From contig NW_027191464.1 of assembly GCF_011745625.1 (NCBI RefSeq), positions 496,001 through 560,000 of the forward strand: a stretch of DNA of 64,000 bases, given 5' to 3'. The notes under the pieces are model-generated. The model was not told where the DNA came from. It ran no database searches and was given only the letters and a program-made list of their open reading frames with translations. The stretch comes from Cladosporium halotolerans (lineage: Eukaryota). A program made the translations under genes and the position numbers. Positions 12,101 to 24,894 of this stretch are shown here, piece after piece (the first letter of the stretch is position 1; the number at the start of each line of letters is the position of its first letter).

Positions 12101-14983
12101 GGGCTCCGTCCGCGACCACAACAGACTCCACCAAAGCACCTACTTGGCCCACAGAGTCTGTTTGAAGTGCTGCAAATGATCGCTTCGACTGCGTGTCTCT
12201 GCGCGATGATTTACAGTGCTCCAGGAAGCCGTGCTCCTCTGTTATCCAAAAGAAGCCCCCTAAGCCCGCATCCTTGCGGCTCAGTTACACGGCAAACTAC
12301 AGTCACTTGCTTTTCCTTCAAGCCTCCTGCTTTCCTGCGCTGAGAAAGGCTTCGCAATCGATGATGGGGTCGATCAAGTGCCTGAGGGATATGCAAATGC
12401 CATCAGGTTGCAAGGCGCTGGCGATGCCCTGTGTGCAATGGGCGTGCTGCAGGCGATAGACATAGCGGTACGGTCGCAGCCTCAGTGCCGCCGCCCCATA
12501 CTAGGTCACAGCACTCTGGCAACAGACCGCGCAAGGGGCGGATCATCATCGCTAGCACTCTCGTAAAGGCGTGGGATGCACTGTTACGTCCTTTGAGCCC
12601 TATTGCTGCAGGAAACCGGTTGGGGGCTACCAGGCCTTTCATGCCATGGATGATCAGGTCAACATCGCAGCTCGCTGGTGGCTTCTACGCGAAGCATTCT
12701 CAGTGAGAACGATCGGTGACCAAGCACTGCAATAGGATTATGTGGCAAGCCTTTGGCACGAGCCTCAAGTAGTAGCAACAGCCTGCCGCATGGTCCCAAG
12801 CAAGGAGGTGACGACCGGGCACAATAGTCCGTCGAACCAAGCCGGTCCACCCCCAAAGACCTGAAGGTGTGTCACGTGGGCCTTAATGCATATAAGCGTT
12901 GATTGTGTCCAAAACGTCACCCTTCGGGGTTAGGCGTACAAATCCTGATGTCGCAGCGGTAGAGGTAAGGCCCAGACTAAGGATCACTTGGGTGCATCGT
13001 ACGCTGAAATGACACCTGCAATTTTTGGAAACACAATTCGAGCTGAGTTCAATTCTCGCCGACATCATCTTTTTGATGGCTTTTTGCACTTTGCCTTTGT
13101 CCGATCGACCACGGCATCTAGCCACACCATCAGCCGCTCGTGCCTTGCTCTTGCCGATGCAACAGAGCAGCTAGCTGATTGATGCGACAATTGTCACTAT
13201 ACAGTGACATTCCCGTGATGCGGTGGTTGGTAACCCTGCTTCGTAGATGTCTCTTCCGGTCGCCGTTCCGCCGAGCGCGGGAGTCTCCTCAAGCCTGTGG
13301 CCCTCGCTTGCAGGGCAACGGCTCTCCCAGCCACCACGGCAGGCCAATTTAACCATTCGAACGAACAGCCCGTACTCTTGATCATTCTTTTGCTCTTCAA
13401 GCATCAAGCAGTGCGAGGGCGGACCGCGCCGGATCACACTTCCCACCAGCGTACAGCATCAGCTCAAGGCAGGCCTCCGCACCTCCGAGGAGCGGGACCG
13501 CGATCTTGGTAGCCGCAAACCGATATGTGATCGGGGGCTACCGTGCAACGCTGGAAAATCAGACTGCTCGGGCGCTCTTTACTGCCCCAGCGCCCTGACC
13601 AATGCAACAATGCGGCCATTTTTGCACCAAGTCAACATCCATCGTCAGAAGCGGGCGGGTCCGGACCGCTTACTCGACAGTGGCCACAACTAGCAGCCTG
13701 GCAAGGCAAGGCTCCTGGAAGATTGTTCAAGGAGTTCCTTGTGGCATATGAAGGCGGCATGAGTGCCCACACGCCAGCCAGAACGCGACGAGACATGAGC
13801 TGGAGGTGGTTCCAATGGGCGGCGGACTGTCACGGCGGTCACGGCGGTCACGGATATCGAGTGTTCTGGACGCTTGCCGCTCGCTCTGACAACACATCTT
13901 GGTGGGCGAACCTTCGTGAATGGGATGCGAGAGTTCCGTTGAGCTTGCAAGGCTGAGACACCCGTTTTTGACTTCGTCTCTCAGCGATGTCAAAAGACAC
14001 CAACGTTCCAGCAACATCGCCGAGAAGCTTCTCCAGCGGCTGGCCGGCACTTTTGAGGACAGATGCTTTCGGATCCAGGAAGGAAGTTCATCTTATTCCG
14101 GAGGAGATTTGACAAGAGATACGCGGGTACCTCGGTCTGCTTTGGAAGGCTTTCATACAATGCTACAGGACATCCTCGCTAGGTGCGTATTATTTTGATA
14201 CAATGTCAGCGTGGCAGTGGACCGTTGCCCTACTTGTCATTCTCTGGATCGTTCCGTTCTGCAGCTTCGCCCGGGCTCTTCGTGCTTCTGCACCAAGAAA
14301 AGTATGGGGGCCATCCACAAGATCTGCCGGCACCCCTGGAACAGTGACCACAATTATCATGCAAAATAACAGATAACAACGACGTACATAGTGTTAAGTC
14401 ACGCGAGACTGTGAGATGGGCTGAAGGGCGAAGAGGTGAGGTCGAAATTTAGCCCTCTGCGTTTCCAGCCACGAGTGGGGGCCGGAGACTTCGAGCATTG
14501 CCTTTTTGTGCCATAGCGTAACTGACCTATCCATTTGCCTGACACGCACGTCTTTTGAAGACACATAAATACTTGATGCTTACTCCTTATTTCGTACATC
14601 ATCTGGTGATCAACCATGTGCAGAAAGGGCCATGCGGATTAGCACAGCACCTCAAGATCGATCCTTGGCACTTGAAGCCATTTTCCAGCTGGATCTGCAA
14701 GGCATTTTACGATTGCATTATTTGCAACGACAGGTGATATCAGGACATTCAACGTCGATCGTACTACCAGTAGTTCTGTTCCATGAGCTTCGCATACACG
14801 CATTACGGTTACGTTCACTCGAGGCGCACGAAAAGAGCATCGCTTTTGAATCAGCGGACTCAGCCAAAATCCGCTGCTGTAGCAGAAGCGCGTAAACTCG
14901 CTGTGGCACCTCAAGGAATTGCAGACGAGTTCTATTGCTCTTGTTCTATTTTTACTTATACACAATGTCGCAACCGCAGAATG

Positions 14984-16755
14984 CTAACCGCACTTCTGAG
15001 GTTCACCACCGCCTAATATGTTCGTCAGCAAAAAGCACTCTCAAATCAAGATCCTGAGGGATGGAAGGAGCTTACCTCGTATCATCTTCGCAATTGCCTG
15101 CATCAGACTAATCCCCATAACAATACAGCCGAACGTGATGCACACGTACGCCGCATACGTCTCCCACGTCCTCCGCTTCGTCAACTTGACGAAACACAGC
15201 GGCGGCAGAATGTACGCGAGCGCGCACGCGCTGGTGGCGCCCACGAGCTCGAACACGACGCCAATGTCGCACGTGATGAGCGAGAGGGTCATTGCCGAGA
15301 CAACGAGCGAGGTCGTGAAGATGAGGTGGCGGTTGGGCTGGTGCGGCTCGCCGGGGAAATAGTATTCTGTCATGACTTCACGGCAGACGAAGCATTCCAG
15401 GGGTAGCGTTGTGATCATGTTCAGGCCGAAGCAGAGGCGTGCGATGTTGACCATGACGTTGTCAGTGGGAAAGTTGTTGAGCACGTTGCCTTTGGTCATG
15501 TCGCCGAAGGTGATGTAGCCGCCCAGTGCCATGGCGAGACAGGCTACCATGGAGATGCCGGTGGAGTAGTGAGTGACGCGGGCGAAGCGATCCATTGTAG
15601 GCTTGCGCAGAGAGCCATAAATGAGAAGGCTGTTGTGGTGGCAGACGAAGGCGAAGGAGATGACGCCAATCGCTTGGAAGACGCCGTCGTTGATCAAGAG
15701 GCTGCCGCGGAGTTGGCCACGCATGTCAGGAGGTAGCCTTGGACCTTGCGTTACGATCGTGATCACAATGATCCCCATGCTTACGAGAGCGAAAGTGCTG
15801 GCTTTCGAAAGCTGTGAAGTGTTAGTAAGAGATTCGAACTAACTCCAAGCTGAGTGCATACCATTGCAATGTCTCTATACAAAGATAGCGGGTATGATAA
15901 CCCAAGCACGAAGATAACGATAGTCGCGCGCCGGTCTGTGAGCAGCCAAAGAATCGGCGTTTCAGGGAGTCCAGGGAAGATAGCAGCTAGCACGTGCGGT
16001 ATCGTGTCACCAATGATGATGCAGAAGGCTACCATGCCGCCAAACGCAAAGGCCCACTGTGCAACAGAGATCGCAACGAGGCCAGACTTGCCGAAACAGT
16101 GCTGCATCGTTGCTTGGAAAGAGTTTGCTCCGCTGAGCTTGGAGTTTGTGACAATCAGCCGGATCGTCCAGTCCACGGTCACAGTCAAAGCCACGAGCAA
16201 AAACACGCCAGTGAAGAGACCTGCTTGTCTGAAGGCATAAGGCTGTCCAATGATTCCGGCGCCAATGATACTGTTCGCCATGTTCATAAAGGCACTCTTC
16301 ATGCCACTCTTCGGCCGAGCGGATTCCAGGAGATCATCTGGATTAAAGTCCTCGGTGGCCACAGTAACACTGGGCGCCTCGATCTCGGTCAAGAGCGGTA
16401 CTCGATGTCCGTCATTCCCCCCGGGGGAGTCAAGGCTATGATCTTCCGCTAGGTAATCCTCCTCCTCGATCCAATCCCTTCCATTTGCGGTGCCATTCGG
16501 TTCCGCTGAGGCCCGCGGTGAGGCAACGTCAAATCGTACGCGGTTCGAGGTTCTCGGTGTACCGTTCGCTCTAGGCTGCGCGAATGAAGATTGCCGTCGA
16601 GGCAGTTGTTGTCTTGCGCCTTGTGCTTTCGGCTGGTTCACGGACTCAGGACCGGGCGATCCATCCCTAGACTCCTGGAGCAGTCCGGCTGCTTCTTCCT
16701 CGTCGCCGTCTCCGGCGCGAGAGGAGTTGCGAGCGTTGCTATTGTCTCTGGCCAT
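14984..16755 (-). CDS. AVT2: Vacuolar amino-acid transporter, Avt2/SLC38 (Aa_trans) family, 3 exons
   Basis: AFMNMANSIIGAGIIGQPYAF, FAFGGMVAFCIIIGDTIP, SFAFVCHHN, ELVGATSACALAYILPPLC motifs; introns 15861-15812 and 15075-15013. Confidence 0.88.
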
Positions 16756-17234
16756 AACATCGTTGCTGTGTAGTGTTCAATGCATCGTGAGAGTGCTTTT
16801 TGGTGAAGACGGAGAGAGTTGCACGTGACGGAAGGTCGGGTCCACGTAAGCCAATCGTTCGCCCAGCACGGGCGTCCAGCTTGTGACGCTCCACATCCGC
16901 ATCCGGCGGGGATTTCCGTCAGTGCCCTGTTCAATGATGGTATTTCTATTTTTGACGATGCGAAATACAAGAGCACACCAAAGAGATCAGAACGCAATGA
17001 TAGGTAGGCCCATGCATCCTCACACCTATCATCTAGAACATGGCAAGCAGTAATTGTCGGACCGGATCAATCTGTCTGAGCCGTCCATTCGCAGTGCACG
17101 TTCTCCTGAGATGACTTCGCGCTTGCGGCCTCATTGTTTACCTTGACGCGCTTTTTAAAATTCGCCGAATATCATGAAGTAACGACTATAGGACCGAAAG
17201 TGGACACCGGAATGGACATTGATCATACGAAGCC

Positions 17235-18278
17235 ATGAATCTCTCAGCATTAAAAGCAAAAACCCTCCAGCACATCGCGTTCCTGACCGGCGCGCCAACA
17301 GCAGGCACAAAGGCTAGCATAATATCAGACCTCCAGACATCCCTCCACCAACCACGACTCACCAAAAATGCCACCCGCATCCTCAGCGTCGACATGGGCA
17401 TCCGCAACCTGGCCTACTGCGTAATCGACGTCCCGCCTCAAACACCTTCTCCAAAAACCAAAACAACCCTCCACGCCACCCAATGGAAACGACTCGACCT
17501 CCTCTCGCGCCTCAGCTCCAGCAGCTCTTCTCCCGACCTCCCCTCAACAACCCCCGAGCCCCCGCGCAGGAAACTCACCACCGCCGCCGCCACAGCTACC
17601 CACCCCAAACCCTCCTTCACCCCCAGCACCATGTCCCGCGCCGCGCTGACCGTCGCCCTCGACCTCCTCGCCCACAGCCCGGACACAATCCTCATCGAGC
17701 GCCAGCGCTTCCGCTCCAACGGCTCCTCCGCCATCCAGGAATGGACCGTCCGCGTCAACATGCTCGAGAGCATGCTGTGGGCGTGCTTTGAGACGCTGAA
17801 ATCTGCCCGCTCCCAGGACGAGGGGAAGGCGTTTCCAAAGCTGCACGAGTGCAGTCCTAAGCGCGTTGCGGGGTTCTGGGCTGCGAGGCCGGGGGCGCAG
17901 GGCGTGCCGGGGGGTTTGTTGGGGGAGGGGTTTGGGCTGCTGGAGGAAGGGGCTGGTGTGGATGCGGGGGGGAGGAAGGCGAAGAAGGCGGCGGATGTGA
18001 AGAAGGAGAAGATTGCGGTGCTGCGGTCGTGGCTGGATGGGAGTGGGGGTGTGGAGCTTGTGTTGGAGGGGGAGACGGAGATGACGGCTAAGGCTTTCGC
18101 CCCGGGGGTGAGGAGGAGGGGGTCGAAGGCGCTGAGGGAGGGTGAGAGCTTTTCGAGCCAGGAGACGAAGCTGGACGATTTGGCGGATTGCATGCTTCAG
18201 GGTGCGGCTTGGGTGCGGTGGGAGGAGAATAGGCGTGCCATTTTGCAGGCTTTCGAGGAGCAGTCGAGAGAGCGCTGA
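17235..18278 (+). CDS. CCE1: Mitochondrial Holliday-junction resolvase, Ydc2/Cce1 family
   Basis: N-terminal SAP-like segment, RNase H-fold motifs ILSVDMGIRNLAYC, ILIERQRFRS, KLDDLADCMLQG; single exon 347 aa. Confidence 0.88.
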   Translation: MNLSALKAKTLQHIAFLTGAPTAGTKASIISDLQTSLHQPRLTKNATRILSVDMGIRNLAYCVIDVPPQTPSPKTKTTLHATQWKRLDLLSRLSSSSSSPDLPSTTPEPPRRKLTTAAATATHPKPSFTPSTMSRAALTVALDLLAHSPDTILIERQRFRSNGSSAIQEWTVRVNMLESMLWACFETLKSARSQDEGKAFPKLHECSPKRVAGFWAARPGAQGVPGGLLGEGFGLLEEGAGVDAGGRKAKKAADVKKEKIAVLRSWLDGSGGVELVLEGETEMTAKAFAPGVRRRGSKALREGESFSSQETKLDDLADCMLQGAAWVRWEENRRAILQAFEEQSRER

Positions 18279-18835
18279 GACCTTACGTGCCTCTTTGGGC
18301 CGTGTTTCGTGGGCAGAGAGCTCGACGTGGAGCAACAGTATTGGCATGCTCTAGTACCAACTCCAGCAGGACAACGCTTTGCATGAGGGCTTAGAGCAAC
18401 GTCAAAGCCGACACTACTACCAATGGCTCGAAGCCGACCACCAGAGAGGCTAGCCACCATGCTGCAGGCAACGAACGAATCGGATTGGAAAGAAGGCGCT
18501 GTAGGGTGCCTTGCCCCATATACAGATAACATGTACCGATCGGCACAGCGTCTCGAAACTCAGAGTGTCAAGGTTGCCGCCGCAGCATGGGTAGCTACGA
18601 CACGCCGAGGCGCTTGAAAGTGATGTACAGGCACGCTGGGAACGAACTTTCACAGCAAAGTTTACGAAGAACAATACAAAGACCAACGTGGGAACCATGA
18701 ATCTTCAAAAGAGAGTTTTTGTCAAAGGAAAATTCAAATACAAATTCGTTACGCTAGATGGGATCTCGCTTTTAAATCCAAAACCAAACAGAAAATTCAG
18801 GCCGTCGTAATCATACCTCCGCTGCCGCGAGGCAA

Positions 18836-20327
<1,492 letters not shown>

Positions 20328-21007
20328 TGTGAGGGTTTCTAGTGTGTGTTGTGCTGTTGGGGGGTGTTTACAGTCCAGGAGAGTGGTCGCGTGCTATGGA
20401 TGGGAGAGTTGCGGGAGATGGGGATGTGGTGAATGGGGAAGATGGAGGAGAGGAAACGAAAGCTCCCGTGAAGAGAGAGGGCACGGGTCTACTTGTACGA
20501 TCACGCCTCGTGCCAGAGCTACCTACCTACCGCGAGCCATCCGCGACTTTTTCTCAACGACGCTCGGGGCAAAAAAGCAGCTCGAGCTCACACGTCACCC
20601 ACGGCAGCCCTTTTCGGGGCTCCAGACAGACTAGCCCACCAGCCCACCAAGCGATCGCGGCGTGGCAGGACGCTCGTGAACGCAGATTGGCGAGCGGCGG
20701 GAGGGTCGGGAGCGACAGAGGGTACCGCATCTGGAGGCGGCGCTGATATGAGCAGCTGGCGGGATGAGAGGCCAGCGAGGATGGGTGTGGTCATTCTTCG
20801 CCTCAAGGGACCGGCACTGATAAGGCAGCGCGCGCTGTGACTGGCCGCGCGCGACCCGTGGACCCTGCGGGAGGCGGAGAAGGCGGCCAAGCTTCAGGTT
20901 AGAGTTGATTCGCCTGTCCCACACGTCTGGCCGACTGCGCCGTCGGGCCTCCCCGCAAATCCAAATCCAGCCTCGCCTCACTGCCAGCCTGGTCCCGTGA
21001 CCTCGAT

Positions 21008-21054
21008 CTTATCAATCTCACCGAGGCCGGCTGCGCTAACATCGCCGACAGCGG
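21008..21054. promoter_or_regulatory. Putative GDH1 upstream module: GATA site plus two CCG-N4-CGG (Leu3/LeuB-type) sites
   Basis: CTTATC 21008-21013, CCGAGGCCGG 21021-21030, CCGACAGCGG 21045-21054, about 700 bp upstream of the GDH ATG; second GATAAG at 20819-20824. Confidence 0.45.
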
Positions 21055-21676
21055 AAGGCCCATCTCAACCGCGGTGGTGGGGTGGCGTGGGCTGCCCTGC
21101 TCAACCACTCTTCAGCGGCGGAGACGGCAGCTCTCACACGCCCTTTGCCCTGTCTCCAGCCCCGTTCTCGCAGCCAGCACTGGTCGGCACGCGCAGTCGG
21201 AGATGAGCGGAGCTCTACTCTCGTCGCAGAGGCTGCCATGTTTCCGTACCTATCTTGCACTTGACAACACCAATCGAGTCATCTGCCCACGCCCGGCTCG
21301 GAGACTCTTGGCTTTGCTCTGCTTCGTGGCCTGCCACGCCTGCCTTTAGCAAACGTGGTTTTCACAGAATGACACGACAAATCTGCCCTCGCCGCAATTG
21401 CCGGTAGATTTACCAGCGCTATTTGTTCGTTGAGAGTTGATCGTACTTGGCTTCCAGCCGAGGCTGGCGTCGTTTCAGGAGCATGCAAATGGGAGAACAA
21501 TCTTCCATCTCTTGTTAGAGATGTCAAAACGGGATCTGCCCCGGGGCAGTGTGCACTCGTGAGCTTCGGCTGCGTCGTGAAGTACCCTTCAATGGATAAT
21601 TCTGTCCACTGTCAAGCAAGATGGCATAAGCTTAGATTTTCTAAATACCTTTCGCTGGCTCTCAATGATGAGAAGG

Positions 21677-22971
21677 CTATGTTCGGGGGACATCCGCCTG
21701 AAGCTCCGCCGGTTTTTCGCTATTTCCAAGCTCTGTGCCCATCCTACTCGCCACGTCTGGCAACTCCGGGCTGTACACATTACTAGAATCAAGCTCGTTC
21801 ACTACGCCTCCGTAACGAGGATCTGGTGCCGGGTTCTCGTGTGCTCTAGGCGCCACTGCCGCCTCGTGACTTGTTTTCACCTTCCTTTTTCTCCACCACC
21901 ATGCTACAAGCGCTAAGCAAATGATACTGACACCGGCTAGAACGCCAACCACAATACCAGCGATTGCTTTGCCACTTAGCCCGCCTTCCTCTCCCACAGG
22001 TGTCGGTGCAGGTAATGGCGGAGGCACGCGACTTCCCGGGCTATACTCATTGGTCCTCAGGCAAGACACCGTCGTATGAGCGCTTATGATCGTGATGGTT
22101 CGCCTTGCGTTCGCCACGGGCATGAACACTGTGAGTATAGGAAGGACGGTGTATGTAAGGTAGTCGTATACTGTCGCATTGCCGTACGCTGCGCCTATCA
22201 GATTCCACGTCTCGTTCGCGGAGGGACCGGTCGCCGTGCAAGGTCCACGGGGGTTGCCAAAGAACAGGCCCAGAGGTAGCGGCTGGCGCGAGGCATGGGT
22301 GCCGGAGCTTTCGTAGTTCATCGTCAAGGCATAGCCAGTAGCTGTGTACCAGCTCTCGTTCATGTACGGCTTGCATTTGTCGGGTAGGCGAGCTTCCATT
22401 GACTGGCCGATGCTATCGCAGACAGCTGGAAGCGAGTCTGCGGTTAGGTTGCTGTCCGGTAGTGGTTTTGGGTTCCCTACCAAATACAACGCGAGATCCT
22501 GGGACTGTTGCTCCAGGGCTTGGACGCATGCTTCGTCGAACAGCGCAACACAATCACCGTTGTCGAATTGACCGCGGCGAAGGGTGTTCTCCGTATACCC
22601 TGTGAGCGCGACACTACACACGTCATAGCCCAGCGTAAGACTGTCGGAGTAATTCAGACCGTTGGTGTTGTACCACCCTGCCAGCTGGACATTGCCGTTG
22701 GCGAAGTCTTCAGTGACCGTTACTGCCCAGGATGCGTTGACAGGTTGGATTGAAGTGCCAGGTGCAACGTCGGGATTGAACGGGTATATCCCGGTCTGTC
22801 TGATCGTTAGTAGGTCAAGGTCTATGCAGGCGTCGTACAAACCGCATTTGCATCATTCAAAGTCCCGTTACAAAGTAGGATGTCGTCCTTGGCGCCGCTG
22901 GCTTCGTCGATCGACTGCGACGCCACTTTGGAGGTCAATGCCACGACACAAGCTGCGCACAGAGCTCTCAT
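21677..22971 (-). CDS. Single-pass type I membrane protein with Cys-containing ectodomain, unknown function, 2 exons
   Basis: Signal peptide MRALCAACVVALTSKVAS, intron 22842-22796, TM GLSGKAIAGIVVGVLAGVSIICLALVAWWW followed by RKRK, cytoplasmic tail with repeated ExL motifs. Confidence 0.75.
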
Positions 22972-23269
22972 GTCGGAGAAAACGAGCTAACTAAAGCAAG
23001 CAACGTCGACTCGAAAAGACCGTGAGAGCTGGGAGCTTAGGGTCATCCTGAATTTCTGATGTTGAGCGAGTACGAAGGACTCGGACCTTGGCAATCATGC
23101 CACGCAGATGATGGTCACGCATAAGTGGAACGAGCTCGCGTATGCATGCGATTGATCATCCTTCTTTGATAGTTGCCTTGCGGTAAGTATTGCGAAGAGC
23201 TCACGCACCCGTCATCCTCTACAGGGAACGAATTCATCAACGAACAACCTATTTTGAGTACATAGATGG

Positions 23270-24100
23270 GCAGTAGCGAGAAGCGCCACTTCACATCACC
23301 TGCATATCGCCGCGTGCCATTAAGCGGGTGAACGAAACCGGTGATTGGGCCAGGGAACAGAGCCGCTAGCGGGTGGCCGCATGTTGGAGAAACTCGAGTC
23401 CTTTTGATTCTGGTATTTGATCTATGTCTCGACGCGCCCGAAGGCGCGAGCGCAGAGTCGCGAAAACCGCCGCTTCACATTATCCGCGCCCGCGAGCAAG
23501 TGAACAAAAGATCTGATTGGGACGGGAGCAAAGACACTAGCGGGTGGCCGCATATTGGAGAAACTCGAGTCCATTCTATGAATTGATTGATTTTTCGACT
23601 CCGCATGGGCGCGCGCGCGCGCAGTCGCGATGACCTTCACTTCACTTCACCTGCGCAATCAAGGGCGCGCTCAGTAGCTGATTGGTCACGGGAGAAAGGG
23701 CGCTAGCGGGTGGCCACATACTGGACAAACTCGAGTCCAATTTAGTTGATTATTCATTATTTTCGACGCCCATCGCGCGCGCCCGCGCGCGCAGTAACGA
23801 AACCCGCCTCTTCACTTCACCTACGCGGTGGAGGGCGCGCTCAGTGACTGATTTGTCCGTAGATAGCGGGCGCTAGCGGCTGTCTGCATATCGCAAAATC
23901 TCGAGTCCTTTTTCTCTGTTATTTAATTTTCGAGGCCGCGAGCGCGCGCGCGCAGTCGGGGAAACCGCCACTTCACTTCAGCTTCGCGACGAAAGGCAGT
24001 CAGAGCAGCTGATTGGCTGGCGAACAGCGGGCGCTAGCGTGTGTCCGCATATGGCAAGATCTCGAGTCAACACCCAATGATTTTGTTTTATTTGTTGTTT
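23270..24100. repeat. Intergenic tandem array of five diverged units of about 161-171 bp
   Basis: CTCGAGTC at 23393, 23564, 23730, 23900, 24061 (spacing 171, 166, 170, 161); each unit also has CTTCAC, TGATT(G/T)G, (G/A)CTAGCG and a T-rich tract in the same order, with (GC)n runs between units. Confidence 0.92.
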
Positions 24101-24894
24101 TTGGAGAGGATTGGGATATCGCTTCGCTTCTGAGAGCCGTAGATGGAGGGAATACATCGGCGAAACTTCCTACCCGCCCTGATTCATTCTCGCCGTTGTG
24201 TCACTCCAACAGATCCTTGGGTCGTAGCACGGAGGGCCTTGCAATCCCTCGGCAGTCGTGCATGTACGACGGGCTCCTCGGCGCCTATCTGTCTCCGAAT
24301 GTGTACGCACATCATGATGTCGCACAATCCCCTAACCAACATCTCACAGTGTCACACATCATCACACAAGATTCAAGACAGGAGGCAGGTCCCATCCTTC
24401 AATGAGAAGCAGGTAGGCAAGATTGGTAGGTAGGTAGTTTGATTTCCGAGTAGGCTCATTTGCGTATAGTACATCATTATCATCGTCGTATTCTTCTCAC
24501 CCTTCCCTTCCCGTATCTTGACCCGGCTTGTAGCTCGTCGATCGATCGTTCCGACAGAAGAATAGAAGCCCCTCCGCGCAAAAGACAAGAAATGCCCAAC
24601 GCGGCAAACCAGGGTATATATGTGTGTGCGTGTTCCCTCCCGCGTGCGTGCGCTCGAACGCGTGCCTCCAGCAGCAAAGAACAGGTTGAAAAAAAAAATG
24701 GAAGCGTCCAGACAGCCGTGTCCTGGTCCCTCAAGTACCGTTCCACTCCCCAAGTGATCCTTCCAAGGGAACGCGCTGGTCCTGTAGTAACCCAATCCCC
24801 ATCACCCATGCCCCGTCCTCGACATATTCCCACTGCCGCCAGACCCCGATCCCCACCTCACCGCGACACCAGGCCTCACCCTCCCCAGACTCTC

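Noticed and set aside
17438..18347. 251-aa and 267-aa ORFs antisense to CCE1
   Set aside because: By-product of the extreme C/G skew and low stop-codon frequency
23270..24100. CRISPR array or tRNA cluster interpretation of the tandem array
   Set aside because: Units are homologous along their whole length with no identical repeat/unique spacer structure, there are no cas genes, and the host is eukaryotic. No cloverleaf; the B-box-like word lacks the GTTC core.
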